This document shows positions 14,101 through 27,078 of a DNA stretch of 64,000 nt, in pieces; position 1 is the stretch's first letter, and every line of letters begins with the position of its first letter. The DNA is taken from positions 176,266,001-176,330,000 of the forward strand of contig NC_042997.1 of NCBI RefSeq assembly GCF_006345805.1, in the 5' to 3' direction. A model generated the notes under the pieces. It ran no database searches. It was not told the DNA's origin and worked only from the letters and a program-made list of their open reading frames with translations. The translations under genes were made by a program, and so were the position numbers. The DNA comes from Octopus sinensis (lineage: Eukaryota).

Positions 14101-15069
14101 ATAACGATCAAGTGTTTGTGCTGCACGTTTAGCTCACTCCCTCCGTCAAATTGACATTGCCTGTACAAGTGCACCCTGTGCTACCCATCAGATGTCAAAT
14201 TAATCACAGAACAACATCTGATGAAGTGTTTTGCTCAAAAATGCAAGCATTACCCATTCCAGAAATTGAACCTGTGATCTTGTGATTATAAGTGCAACAC
14301 CCTAACCACTTAGCCACATGCCCTCACATACATACATGTGTGTAGAGAGAAAGAGAGACAGGATTTCTTCAGTTTCTGTTTACAAACTGTAGTTATTACT
14401 TTGTTGGAAGGAAATAGTTTTATCAATGCAAGAATATGAACATGAAAGGTGTCAACAGTTTCAGCCTACAAAAGCAGGTACAAATCAAAGCTTTTATGCA
14501 GTCACTCAACCTACAATAAATTTCACTTATCACATACTACATCATCATCTTCATTGTTTTAACATCCACTTTTATACATGTTTGCATGAATCAGATGAAA
14601 TTTGGTGTGGTAGATTTTCTACAGCCAGAGGCCCTTGTTACCAATCCTCACCTGTTTCAAAGAAAGGTATTATTTCCTTATAGCTGGACATGCTTGTGTG
14701 GCAAATTACAAATGAAGGACGCTGTCTGTATTACAGTGACACATCTTTATAACTAATGCATGATGTCAAGACAAGAGAGAGAGACACATGCACACACACA
14801 CACACACACATGTACACACACATACACATATGTGTGTGTGTGTGTGTGTGTGTGTGATGGGTTTCTTTCAGTTTCCATCTACCAAATTCACTCTCAAGAC
14901 TTGGTTGGTCTTGTGCTATACTAGTTACTTGCCCAAGGTGCCATACTGTGGGTCTGAACCTCAACGCATGGTTGGGAAACAAGCCTCTTAATCAAACAAC
15001 CATGCCTGCACTAACCACAATATGGGCATTAACTGCTGGTGATATAAATCTAGGCCTGTGATTTGCTTC

Positions 15070-15574
15070 TAATGTTATGCCTGAAGCGAATTTGAAATTG
15101 AAATCGAAATCAAATTTGATGACTAGCATCCGTGCTAGTGGAGCGCTAAGAGAACCATACGAGTGAGATTGGGGCCAGAACAACAAGCTGGCCTCCAAGC
15201 CAATGGCACGTTAAAAACACCATTCGAGCGTGATCGTTACCTGCGTCGCCTTACTAGCACTTGTGCTGGTGGCACATGAAAAAACATTCGAGCGAGGTCA
15301 TTGCCAGTGCCGCTGGACTGGCTCCTGTGCAAGTGGCACATAAGATGCACCATTTGAGCATGGCTGTTGCCAGTACCGTCTGACTGGCCCTCGTGGTGGT
15401 GGCACGTAAAAGCACCCACTACACTCTCGGAGTGGTTGGTGTTAGGAAGGGATCCAGCCGTAGAAACTCTGCCAGATCAGATTGGTGTCTGGTGCAGCCA
15501 TCTGGTTCACCAGTCCTCAGTCAAATCGTCCAACCCATGCTAGCATGGAAAGCGAACGTTAAACGATGATGATG
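15070..15574 (+). mobile_element. Repeat family B, long copy with internal GGCACGTAAAA/GCACCATTCGAGCG sub-repeats
   Basis: Colinear with 55228-55650 and 62591-63000; (GAT)n tail. Confidence 0.85.
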
Positions 15575-17178
15575 TATGTAGTGATGGAAAAAATAGAAAT
15601 CTGTAGGAATAGTATAGTCATTTATGAAGCAATTTAAAATAAAGAAGTATAAAATGCCTTTTCTTGTTCTTTCTTATCTTGCATGTTACTTGGTAACCCC
15701 ACTAGTACTGGTGGCATAAAAATATGCACTCAGTACACACTGTAAAGTGGTTTGCACTATGAAGGGCATCCAGCCATAGAAACCATGCCAAAGCATGGAG
15801 TACAATACAGCCCTGTGTCTCACTGATCCTATCAAACCATCCCACCCAAGCCAGTATTGTAAACAGCCATGACATGATGATGATGACAACAACAATTCAG
15901 ACTTGTAGCTTATTTCATATTCATTATTCTATGATCTGACATGGTGATATAAGAGTTTATGCTTGAAGCTGTAGTATTTTGAGATTTTGCATATCTACAA
16001 ACAAAACATTCCAGATAAAAAATAGGTCAAAAACACAGAATAATATTTCTGGAATTTTATGGAATTAATTATTGAGATATTACTATTCTTAGGTAGAAAC
16101 AGGAAGCCATTTAAAGTGTTTCCACACACATCTCAATACACACACACTTTTATATATTTACTCTTTTATACCATTTAAATATTTAACCAAATTAATTTTC
16201 TATATTCATGATCTGTTCCCAGATAACACTGCTCCAGTGTATTTTGTGTTATAGCATCTAATTCCTGAGATTATTTGATGGCTATAATAATGATGATGAT
16301 TTTAATGTAGGCAATACCATTTACATATATTAGCAACCAAATAAACATTTATTTTCTCTTTGAGTTGTTTAACTTCAAATAATTTTAATGAAAAATATTT
16401 AATCTTGTTTCTCATTTCTCACAATTATTTCTCTTGATATAATGTTTAGAACAAAAACAAAACAAGTTTTGTCTGTTTAAGCCTGATATTGCTTGAGAGT
16501 GAGTGCATTGAGCTATTTAGCTAATATTGTCCTTTCAGTTTGCTGCTAATTTTGTTGACTTCAGTTGCTTATCAAATTTTTGACGAAATTTTCAGCCAAT
16601 TACTTGAGCCCTTCAAGTTTGTTCTATAGTCAATTTTTTTAAAGGTAGATTTCCATTTTAACCTGGAATTTCATATATATACATATATATATATACCTTA
16701 CCAAAACTCAGAAAGCACTTTAGCTCTAATTAGTAACTAACACTTTATAATATATTCTGTGAACCCCATCTAATCTCTTCTTTTTGTATTCCTCCTCATA
16801 ATCCCCTGTCTCACCTCTAAAACTTTTCCCAGTTCTTTCTCCTCAACACCATTTCGGAATACTTTACCTTTTTTCACTTTACTACATACCTCAACCTATA
16901 GAAGTTGAAATAAATTATCAACCCCATCTAATCTATGAAGGCTTACAATATTATAGTATCAATAACATTGTAAAAGATTCTCTTTGGGCTATCTAATAAA
17001 GAAAGACATCATATTGAGAAATATAGCATATACTTTAGTTACATCCAAGTAAATGTTTGTCTTATAGAGAAACTTCTCAATACAAATTTCCTCTCTTTCT
17101 AGTCCAGCACAGTGTGGTGACTTCCCACTATTACAATTACTTCCCAGAAATTTATTTGCATCAACCACTTGCATTTAA

Positions 17179-17398
17179 CCCTTTCATTAGCAACCCAGCT
17201 GAAACCACCTCTGGCCCTGAGTACAAATGTCTTGTTTTCATAAGTTTTGAATTAAAATCTTTTACTAAACCTTAGTTACAATTTATGCTCCTAACACTAG
17301 CTGAATGATAACCAAGTTATTTTATTAAATTCTTTGTTATATTTAAAGTAATTGAAAAAAACACAGAGCATCTCAAAATAAATACAGTAACGAAAGGG
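17179..17398. mobile_element. piggyBac-type MITE (220 bp)
   Basis: TTAA|CCCTTTC...GAAAGGG|TTAA termini with TTAA target duplication. Confidence 0.85.
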
Positions 17399-18930
17399 TT
17401 AAAACATCTTACCATTAATTACGTTATTTACGTTTTTTATTGTCAGACATATTATATCTCACTTCCCAGAATCTTGCAATCAATTCCTTTACTTAATTTT
17501 CTGCTTGAGAATTGAATCTGTCTAAATCAATTTTCTAGAAAACCAAACCCATGCCTCCAATCTGAGAGGAACAACAGAGGCACTTTCTCTTGGAGAAACA
17601 ATTATAATGATCAATCAATCTAATATCTAGTAAGATAAACAATGGAATAATATTGCTCTTATATTAGGGATGGTGTTGATGGTACAAACATAAACAAACA
17701 TCTAAAAGAAGGTTATAGAGACTATATACTATATCTATATTAGCGAAGGCTCAGTCACCAAGACACAAGTTCTGACCTAGAAATACACTGCTTCCTTACA
17801 TCCATTAGTTAACAACCAAAAATGTTATCCATCTCTCAGAGTTGGTCTAGTTACTTAATGCCAGGTCTATTCTCTCATTACTATTTTTTCCCATAATTTA
17901 AAGTACATCAAGCCAATCTTGCTTGACCTACTGGAAAAAAGACAAATCTCATTTAAATGGCTGTTAAAAAAGGAATGACATGTGGATAGTGTAATTCTTG
18001 ATATATTATGGCTGGGAAAAAAAGGGGCAGGATGGTCACAACTAGAATGCCTTTGATAATAGGTCTGATTCAATCAGGGTTGACCTGGGACTAAATAACA
18101 AGAAATTACAATATTTTTTTCCATTCTCACATTTATCTGTGAAGTTATCTCTCTTTCATGTATTAGATTATATTTGATAAAACTGAAAAGAAAAATATTT
18201 GTATTGTATGAAAAGACATTTTCAATAGTAAATGCAAGCAAATGTGACTTATTTGTATCTTATATGTTTTACCAGTTTCATTATAATCTGATCCTTGTTT
18301 ATAATGATGAAGTTTAGATTTCTCCTTGTCAATATGTTATCGTTAAATCAAATATTAATTACAACATACTAAAGAGCATGATTACTTTACTCATTGATAG
18401 TTAAGAAAGAAATGATTACTCAAAAATAGACTCATTAACTGTCAGATGTACTGTTATAAATTTCTTATGCCAGTGAACAAGCTACTCAACTCCAATGATG
18501 AGTTTTCCAGACAATATACTATAATGAAAACAAAAAATTACATCTCAAAGATTTGTCTTTTTTTGTTCAAGGCCAGAAAATGCTTCAGCTACAGACTTTC
18601 TATAAATCTCTAGTAAGATAAACAATGGAATAATATCTCTCTTATATTTGGGATGGTGTTGATGGTACAAACATACACATCTAAAAGAAGAGTATAGAGA
18701 CTATATACTATATCTATATTAGTGAAGGCTCAGTCACCAAGACACAAGTTCTGACCTAGAGACACACAGCTTCCCTACTCTGCCTACTCTCTTATTACCC
18801 AAATAACCTCTGCTCTTCTAAAAGTAACAATTGTATACCACTTCCACTTAGGTTCCTCCTGACACACTAGTCTCTCCTACTCTTGAGACTCATGCTGTTT
18901 TTCATACTTAAGCCCTGCTTTCTCCTACCC

Positions 18931-19740
18931 GGATCTATTCAGCTTGGCTGCCAGCATCAATTCTGTTTGAATTGATTTCATATTCAGTGTAATGATACAC
19001 TTTTATAGGCTAATGAATGACATGAAAATCATTTTTGCTATAAATCAATAAATAAAGAGTTGTTAGCAATTAAAGTTTGAAAATTTTGGGTAATTTTAGC
19101 CACTCGTAAGCCGTAGACGCATTCATTTCTGTTTCCATAGTAACAAGTGGAACATGAGAACTCTTTTGTCTGTGAGAAAGCTCGTGTTGGCAAATATATT
19201 GAAACCACTTGTTCTACTTGTCTATTGACAATTGAGCATGTAAATTTATAAACTGGTCAACAAAATGTTTGTTTTTAGATAAATCTTTTTAAGTTCATGT
19301 TATCGCATTAAATGCATACTGAATGCTTAAAACTACAAAATATTTGTTGTTTACTCATTACTTTTTGTCATAGAGGTCGTTGTGAGGTGTGCTAAAAATA
19401 ACAACTGAATTACATTTTGGGATGAATCTTTTAAGTTCGTGCTATTACGATGCTCTTAAAACTACAAAAGACGTGTTTACTCTTTCTCAACAACTTATGC
19501 TATTTTCAGGATGTTGACAAAATGTGCAGTCATGCACAAAATGACACCTTCCAAATCTTGTTTCCTGACTGGGTGAAAATGATCAAACTTTAAACCTCTA
19601 TAACTTTTTAAAAACATTTTTCTGGAAAAAATGAAATAACTCCAGCAATTCAGCTTGGAAAAGTATATTAATGTGCCAAATTTTAAAATTTATGATAAAC
19701 TTTAATTTTTGAAATGCTGGCAACCAAACCATATAGATCC
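18931..19740. mobile_element. Non-autonomous DNA transposon with GG...CC TIRs (Merlin-like)
   Basis: Left end GGATCTATTCAGCTTGGCTGCCAGCAT vs reverse complement of right end GGATCTATATGGTTTGGTTGCCAGCAT; flanks tcctaccc / acccaccc resemble a decayed 8-bp TSD. Confidence 0.7.
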
Positions 19741-20874
19741 ACCCACCCACCTTTTTTTCCATCCTCCTTGTTCAGAACATCAATCCCCAAGCATTCTCTT
19801 TTTACCCTTCATTTTCTCTGCAAATATACAAACTGAGCATCAACTATATGAATCCCACCAGTATTGAGGCTCAAAGGCAAAGATCATGCTCATTACCCTT
19901 TACTCTTGATTATGCACCATCAACAAAAATAATGTTCCATAATTTAAATGATAAATCCTACCAGGTTGCTGTTACTCTAGAGAAGAGAAACCTTTTCAAA
20001 AGAGCTCCCCATGATGTTAATGACTCAGTCTTGGCAATTAATTAAATAACAAGCCTTTTATTTTTATCTAGCACCCACTACAGATCATCTCACATCTACA
20101 TAAGCTTGGCTTTAACTTCATTTTATATTTCACTTTCACAAGCTTGCTAAATATATTTGGTTCAGGATCCTATTTATATGAAGCATCTCATATTATGTTT
20201 TTAGACTACTAACCTCCTCATTGAAGACAAACTTTTATATATATATAAAGCTCTTATATTTTGATCTGTTTGAACTATGGTTATCATCAGGTATCTTATT
20301 CCTGTATATGCATGTAGTATCATATTGGATTCATCAATTAAAAAAAAGTGAAAAATTTATTGGTCTGTCTATCTTGCCAGTGTACAGGCAGAGTAACTTT
20401 TTGCATGATGAGTTAAATTTAACCACTGGCTTTACCCTTGGTAGTTCCCTTCTACTAATTCTTTTGCGTTCAAAAACTCATCTGGTATTATGTTCATATT
20501 CATGAATAAGACCCAATGTTGATCAAAGCATAGTGTAGATCTATATGTTAAAGAAATTTTATATGCCAAGATGATAGGCTGTAGCCTGCCAAAAAAATTA
20601 TGACTTTTTTAATATACATGTGTTTGTTCCTTTCCAGATTTTCTTTCTGAAGATTTTGCCATCAACATACTTTTGACAAATATCTTCATAATTATCCTAA
20701 TTTCAGTCTATTACTGGGACAACATATGAATATTAAAGTTATATCACAGAATTAAACCGTTTACTTCATTCTGCTTCATATTGCTCAGATAAATCAGTTT
20801 CTGAACCAACTCTTTATTCATTTTCTTTCTATGTATGTTTGTTTGAGACTCCCTCTCTCTCTCTCACACACACA

Positions 20875-20937
<63 letters not shown>

Positions 20938-22254
20938 AGAGATACATATACATACATTTAAAACTACTTAACATGATCATAATTCCTTTAAATATATCAG
21001 TGTATCCTGACCATTTTAACATTATTAATAAATTACCTAATACAAACTTTTAAAGAATATTATTCAACACTTATTTCAACTTTATCACCATGCAAAAAGC
21101 ATTCCCATAATATTAAGAAACTAAAATTACTGCCATTTTGAATCTCTTTAATAAATGGTGTTATTCAGTATTGTCTACACTTTAATATCTAAGTGTTCTG
21201 CATGGCTTTCTGGTAAGAATATGTCTTTTTTATTAACCAAAAAAAGTTATTCATTTATTTACCATAAGTTTTTTTTTTCTATTGTTCTGTATATTGACTC
21301 TTAGTATGGTGAACAGGATTGCTGTTGGCCACACTAATATTTTGTATTTGGTGTTGAAATACATTGAAACGCCTTGCACTTTGTGGCCTCTTTGTAATGT
21401 GATCCAAAAGAGTGTGTTTTACTTTTTTTGTTTTACAATAATGATACCTACAAAATCATATCTATGATATTTTAAATTAATTTTTCAGAGAAATATTTGA
21501 ATTCTTATTTCATATATAAGCAAAACTCTTTGGGTGTCAGCGTTATTGAAAAACTCTATTCTAGTATAATGTGAAGTTCCTATTACATAACAGTTTATCT
21601 TAATGAATATATCAAGGCAAAAATTGAATCATCATATATATTGAGAGATATATATAGCACTGAGGGTGGCAGTATTTGTTCAAGCTTTTCCAAAAGTAGT
21701 TAACAGTTTATAACTTCAAATTATAAATGGTGCATTTATTTATACATAGAATTAAAGGTTGTAAACAGCAAGATGATGGTAGTGGTGGTAGTAGTAGTAG
21801 TAATATTAGTAGTAATAATAATGATAATAATAATGTTTACAATTTTCTTTCAAATTAGGATTTATTGCTTTAATATGAAAATTAATTGTGGCACATACAT
21901 TGCAAGTATTGTTTCATGTAGAAAAAGAATAACATTTTATTAATAAATTTGCTTATATATTTGTTTTTGGCAGAAATGTAGTTTGAATTGTTTTACTTGG
22001 TGTCTTTTTTATACATATAAACCATCATTTGAGAGAAAGACAATTGGAATATATATTTATTGTTTTAATAGAAGGAAAAAAAATGTAATAATTGCTTTTG
22101 GTCTATATACTGCTTTGTTAAACCTGTTTACTAATTTTTTTCCATTTCTGTATCAAATTGTTGCTAGTCCTTATATAAAAAGATTAACAATGTACACACG
22201 TATACACTCATATCTCAGTCTTTCTCACTCTCTCTCTCTCTCTATTTATGTGTA

Positions 22255-22300
<46 letters not shown>

Positions 22301-24254
22301 TCAACCAACCATCCAAAATATTATAAATCATTACTTAAGAACATATTTGAGGGTAACAGATTTCCATATACATATTTCATTTACATATTTGTATTTTTGC
22401 AAGAGAGACAGGGAAAGAGAAAGCATGAGAGGTAGATGGAAGGACTATTTTACTTAGAGATTCACACTTATAAAAGATCATTTATTTTATTGATACATTT
22501 TGTTATTAGACCATAATGAAGTAACTGATTTGTGATAAATCAAATAGAAATAATTGAATTTCAACCATTTTTTAACATCCAAAATACTTTTGCAAAATAA
22601 ATAGATGATTTTATTTATTCTCAAATGTTTGTAATAACTTTTAAAAAAACTTTCTATTTGTCTGCTTTTATTCAAAAATAATATTTGAATTTTCTTTATT
22701 TATTTTTAAGAGTCCTAAATAGTTTATAGTAATAATTATTGTGCTTCTTAAATATTAAACATCAAAATACTATGTGCTCTGTTTCTGAATTTACAATTAC
22801 TGCTAACTATTTCTTTGAGATATTCGAGGTAAAATATTTGTTTATCAATTAAGAGAAATAAAGGATGGGTGGGGGATTGTCTTTTTATGTAATAGATATT
22901 TTCACTCCTCTTATATATGAAATCAAGTGTCTCCCAAGCAATATTATTTTGCTTTGAGATTTGAATCAGTGTCAGAATATAGAAATATAAAAGCTATTTG
23001 TACTGTATAACAGGATCTGTTTTAGTAATTTCCTGTACTCTTGGATAAAACCCAAGCAATATTGAAACCAATGATTATCTTGGTTAACTGTAGCCAGTTA
23101 GATAACTTGAAACTTTGGAGGAATACAGGTTGACCTTCTGGCAGCCAAGTCTATAACTACTTGAGTCTTGTTGCCAATTTTAATAATTTCACTTCAGTGG
23201 GCTGGGGTTACTTTTATTTCTCTTTTATCATTTCTCCTAAGCCTATAAATCTTGAACTTATATCTTACTGGAGAATGTTAACCTATCCAGAGGCACTATG
23301 ATTAAAAAAAATACAAGCTATATTTAGAAAGAGATATATGCTTTAAGGGATACACTTTGAAAATCTCAGACTTTAGTTAAAGCATTATAGCATCTTTTAA
23401 ACAAAATTAGTTCATAGAATTTTAATTAGGAAATAGTGATCTTAAGTAGTTGTGTACACAAAGTTCCCAATAAGCTAAACTGGTAATTCTGTTTTGATTC
23501 CTAGTTATAGCTTCTTCACCTCACTTATGTTTCTAATGCAGTTGCAAAAGTTGTGAATTCTACATCGTCCTGTATTACTAAAGTAAAAAATATATACATC
23601 CGTTTACCAAATCAATAGAAGTTAACAGCAATTATAATAACATAATATTAATATTTTGAAAGAATATTTGTATGGAATATGTTTTATTCTATACATTTTT
23701 ATTTTCTCATTCAGTTCTTTACTGATCATTTTAACATGCTCTATTTAATATTACTTCTAAAATCAAAATTTAATTTATATTATCAATGTGTTTAAATAGA
23801 ATTTGATTTTTAATATTTAAACTCTACAGTTACTTTGTAAATTTTACTTTTCAACTTTCTTGGTAGTCATATTTCATTTCAGCTTCTAACTTTTAAATAA
23901 TATCTCTCTCTAGTTCAAAGAAACTGTGCTACAAATTGTTCCTTCTGAACTAATTCTATCATTTTTTTTTCAATTACCTTTCTAGAATACAATTTATTAC
24001 AACAACAACTAAAACCAACTTCAGATCATTTATTTGTTTCTTTTTCTTTTGTTATATTGAATGATCTCTCTATTTTGTATAAGTGTGACAAATGTGACAA
24101 ATCAATCATCTTGTTTGAATAGTAGTTAATATTGCACTAGATATTAAAATGGATATTAATGATGAATTAGATAACCTTGTAGTTGAGCATATAACAAATA
24201 GTTTCTTGTCATTTATATTTTTAATATATGCCTCTTAAATTTCTTTTGTTGCAG

Positions 24255-24368
24255 TAAATGTGATACAGTGGTTACTTCTGAGAAGCAGGTGTACATGTCT
24301 CCTTATAGAATGCAAAATTCTGGCCCCAATACAAGTTTAAGACTTGGACCCATGGATAAAAACCTTTT
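24255..24368 (+). CDS. Internal coding exon of gene 1 (SKCDTVVTSEKQVYMSPYRMQNSGPNTSLRLGPMDKNL)
   Basis: ttcttttgttgcag| acceptor; TT|GTAAGT donor; 114 nt open, phase 2-2. Confidence 0.8.
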
Positions 24369-26409
24369 GTAAGTATTATCATTTAAAAAACTCATTGTTA
24401 TAATGTTGATTGATTACCAGTATGAATGAACATTATTGCATGTTGTATAAATTAGAAAAATCTTTAAATGATGATACTTGCTTTTTCTGTTTGTATTTTG
24501 TATTGTTTTTTTTATTAGATACCATTCCTAAGGTGAGATATGTTACTCTTTTTTATTGTTAAATACTGTAATTGAGAAACTCTATAAAACTGAACTGAAC
24601 TGCATGTGCTAGTAACAGTTCAAGTTCTATTCAATTGTATCAGTATAATACTAGCATACATGCCACCAACCCTTTGGTGAACCAAAGTCAAGACAGCTTC
24701 AGCTAAACTTCAATTCATAACTTTGCATTATTGCCAAGTTATTCCCATATAAAACAACAATCTCTAATGATATATTGCTAGTTAGATAATAATTGTGATC
24801 TCTTCATAAACCACAAAGCTCTCACAGAATAATCTTATCCCTGCCCCTCATTTTCATGTGATGATGATACAACCATGGTTGAAATAGTTCATGTATGGCT
24901 GCTAAATACATTCACAAAAATTCAAAGAGAATAGTGATCTTATATGTTAAAGTGTTATACTTCAAGTTTTGCTTTTACTGTGTCTGTTAAACTCAGATTT
25001 GCTTGACACAGTAAATTAGGCTCAAACTCTTTTACAAGTTCATGCACTTATTGTGTAGTGGTTTCATGAAGTAATCTAAAGTTATTAAGATTGTATACAT
25101 TCTCCAGGATAGTTATGCATAACATCACTCAGCACATGAAAACCATCCATTTTGTGTATGCAAAAATGTTTCATCTTACTGCAAAGATAGTTTATTGGAC
25201 TTGGAATAGTAGGATTTAAAAAGGAAGCTTGATAAAGTATATGATCAGCAACTAGATAATCATGATTTCAAAATCTCTTTAGAATCATCTTCTGGTTTAG
25301 TGTATTCCTGTCTAAATCTTTATAGTGAAAATAAGTATGTTTACAAGTTTAAAATGCATTAGTTGTAGAAAAGTTTTGTCTATTCTATAAACTTAATCTA
25401 TTCATGTAATTTTTTAAAATTTAAATCATTTTCTGTTGAAAAAAGTCAAAGTAATAATGGAGCTCTTCAAGGTAGGATAAATATTTATTCATGCATTAGT
25501 TTAACATTCATTGTTTATGTATAAGCTTGATATTGTTCATATATTAAATATATTAACAGAGAACAGTGTTTTGGGTTTTTTTGTGAAGGTAGTCTGAACT
25601 TTAAATTGTTTTTTAGAAATGTGTTTTATCTCATTCTCTATAGCAGCTAAGATATCCATCTGTTCCATGGGAAAGAGTATAGTCTTTTACAAGAAACTAT
25701 TCTATAGTGATTCCAGTTTGAGACTGTGAACTACAAACATCTAAAACAAATATTGCATCAAACTATTACACTATCTTATTGAGAGCAGTAGTCCAGCATG
25801 ACCCAGCCCAGTGGCTAAAACCAGTAAAAGAAAGAAGTTACCCGTGTGGCTTCATTTTTATATTTAATTTTGTACTATTTTTTTTTTATCAGTACCTGAT
25901 GGACTAAATTCTGAATCACCTGATGTACATTTTGAATCACATAGGCATTGGCTCTGAGCTTGTTATATCAGAAATTATTTATGTCCCCATAATACTACCT
26001 CTGCACTGATTCAGTTCTCTATAAAATTGGTATGAATGCTGGTAGTATTATCATATAAAACATTAAATTATTGTACAATTTGTACTTTCTAATCCACTTT
26101 TAAAAATATATTCTTCACATGCTGCAAATATGTCATCAGAAGTCTTACATGGCTAAACTGTTTCTCTCATCATCATAGTTATTTATCACCAACATCATTG
26201 TCTTCATCCTCATTGTCTTTACCCTCATCATTATCATTGCCATCATCATCTCTATCGTCACCGGATTCAACATCAACATTTTCATCTTTACCAATATCTT
26301 CATCATCATCATTATACTCATTATCATTGTTGTTACTCTCATTATCATCATTGTCATCACATATCTAAGCATCTGTTTTAGATTTAAACACTTTGTTATT
26401 TCATCTGTG

Positions 26410-26485
26410 AGTCAAACTTTCTAAGTCTAGTCTAAAAGCTGGATTTAAAAATGAAGTTTTTAGACTAGACTTAAAAAGTTTGACT
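26410..26485. repeat. 28-bp inverted repeat (1 mismatch), 20-nt loop
   Basis: AGTCAAACTTTCTAAGTCTAGTCTAAAA / TTTTAGACTAGACTTAAAAAGTTTGACT. Confidence 0.95.
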
Positions 26486-26912
26486 AACAAATTCACATAA
26501 AGATAATATAACTGTGTTTAAAAGGACATGGGCTTTGTGATTCAAATCTTGTCCAATTCTGAGATTATGTGACAGAGCAACTACAAGAACAATATGGGGG
26601 GTAAATTCACTGAAGAATTGACCTAACAGTTTAATAAAATGACACCTCAAATTTGAATACTACCAAAGCAGATTTATAACAACTTAATTTTGATGACAGG
26701 TTTAAAAGTTTAAAAGAAACACTAGAAATTCAAAATCAATTTATGATTAGGAAAAAAGTTTCCAATAAAATCAACATCATTACTATTGCTAGTTTTTAAA
26801 ATTTTCCGTTTGGCATATTCTTATCAATTTTTGGAAATAGCTAGTTGTTTAGTTTATTTTTAAACTAATTCCCTTTTCTATTAATTCATAATTATTTATT
26901 TAACTTTTTCAG

Positions 26913-27078
26913 ACCATCTTATGTTGGAGTAAAAGGACCAAACCCAGAGAATTTCAGGGGTCCAGATTCTAATTTAGTAAAAGGTTCAGTGAAGGCTCGA
27001 GGAGCTGACCCACTCAACAGGTGTAGACCTCTCAATTCCGTACAAAACCAAGATCCTGTTCTCGTTACAAAATTGTAA
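26913..27078 (+). CDS. Terminal coding exon of gene 1 (LPSYVGVKGPNPENFRGPDSNLVKGSVKARGADPLNRCRPLNSVQNQDPVLVTKL*)
   Basis: taactttttcag| acceptor, phase 2, open to TAA, followed by T-rich 3'UTR-like sequence. Confidence 0.8.

Noticed and set aside
21983-22457. 150-aa ORF
   Set aside because: Composition is dictated by AT-rich and (CT)/(TA) repeats; no start context or recognisable motif.
25893-25957. Plus-strand acceptor with short frame PDGLNSESPDVHFESHRHWL*
   Set aside because: Open only in phase 1, whereas the upstream donor at 24368 is phase 2, which gives an immediate stop.
26160-26365. Asp/Asn/Glu-rich open frame on the minus strand (and the Met-rich ORF 26145-26372)
   Set aside because: A degenerate (GAT)n microsatellite gives such frames automatically; there is no convincing gene context. 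The same applies to 43810-43880.
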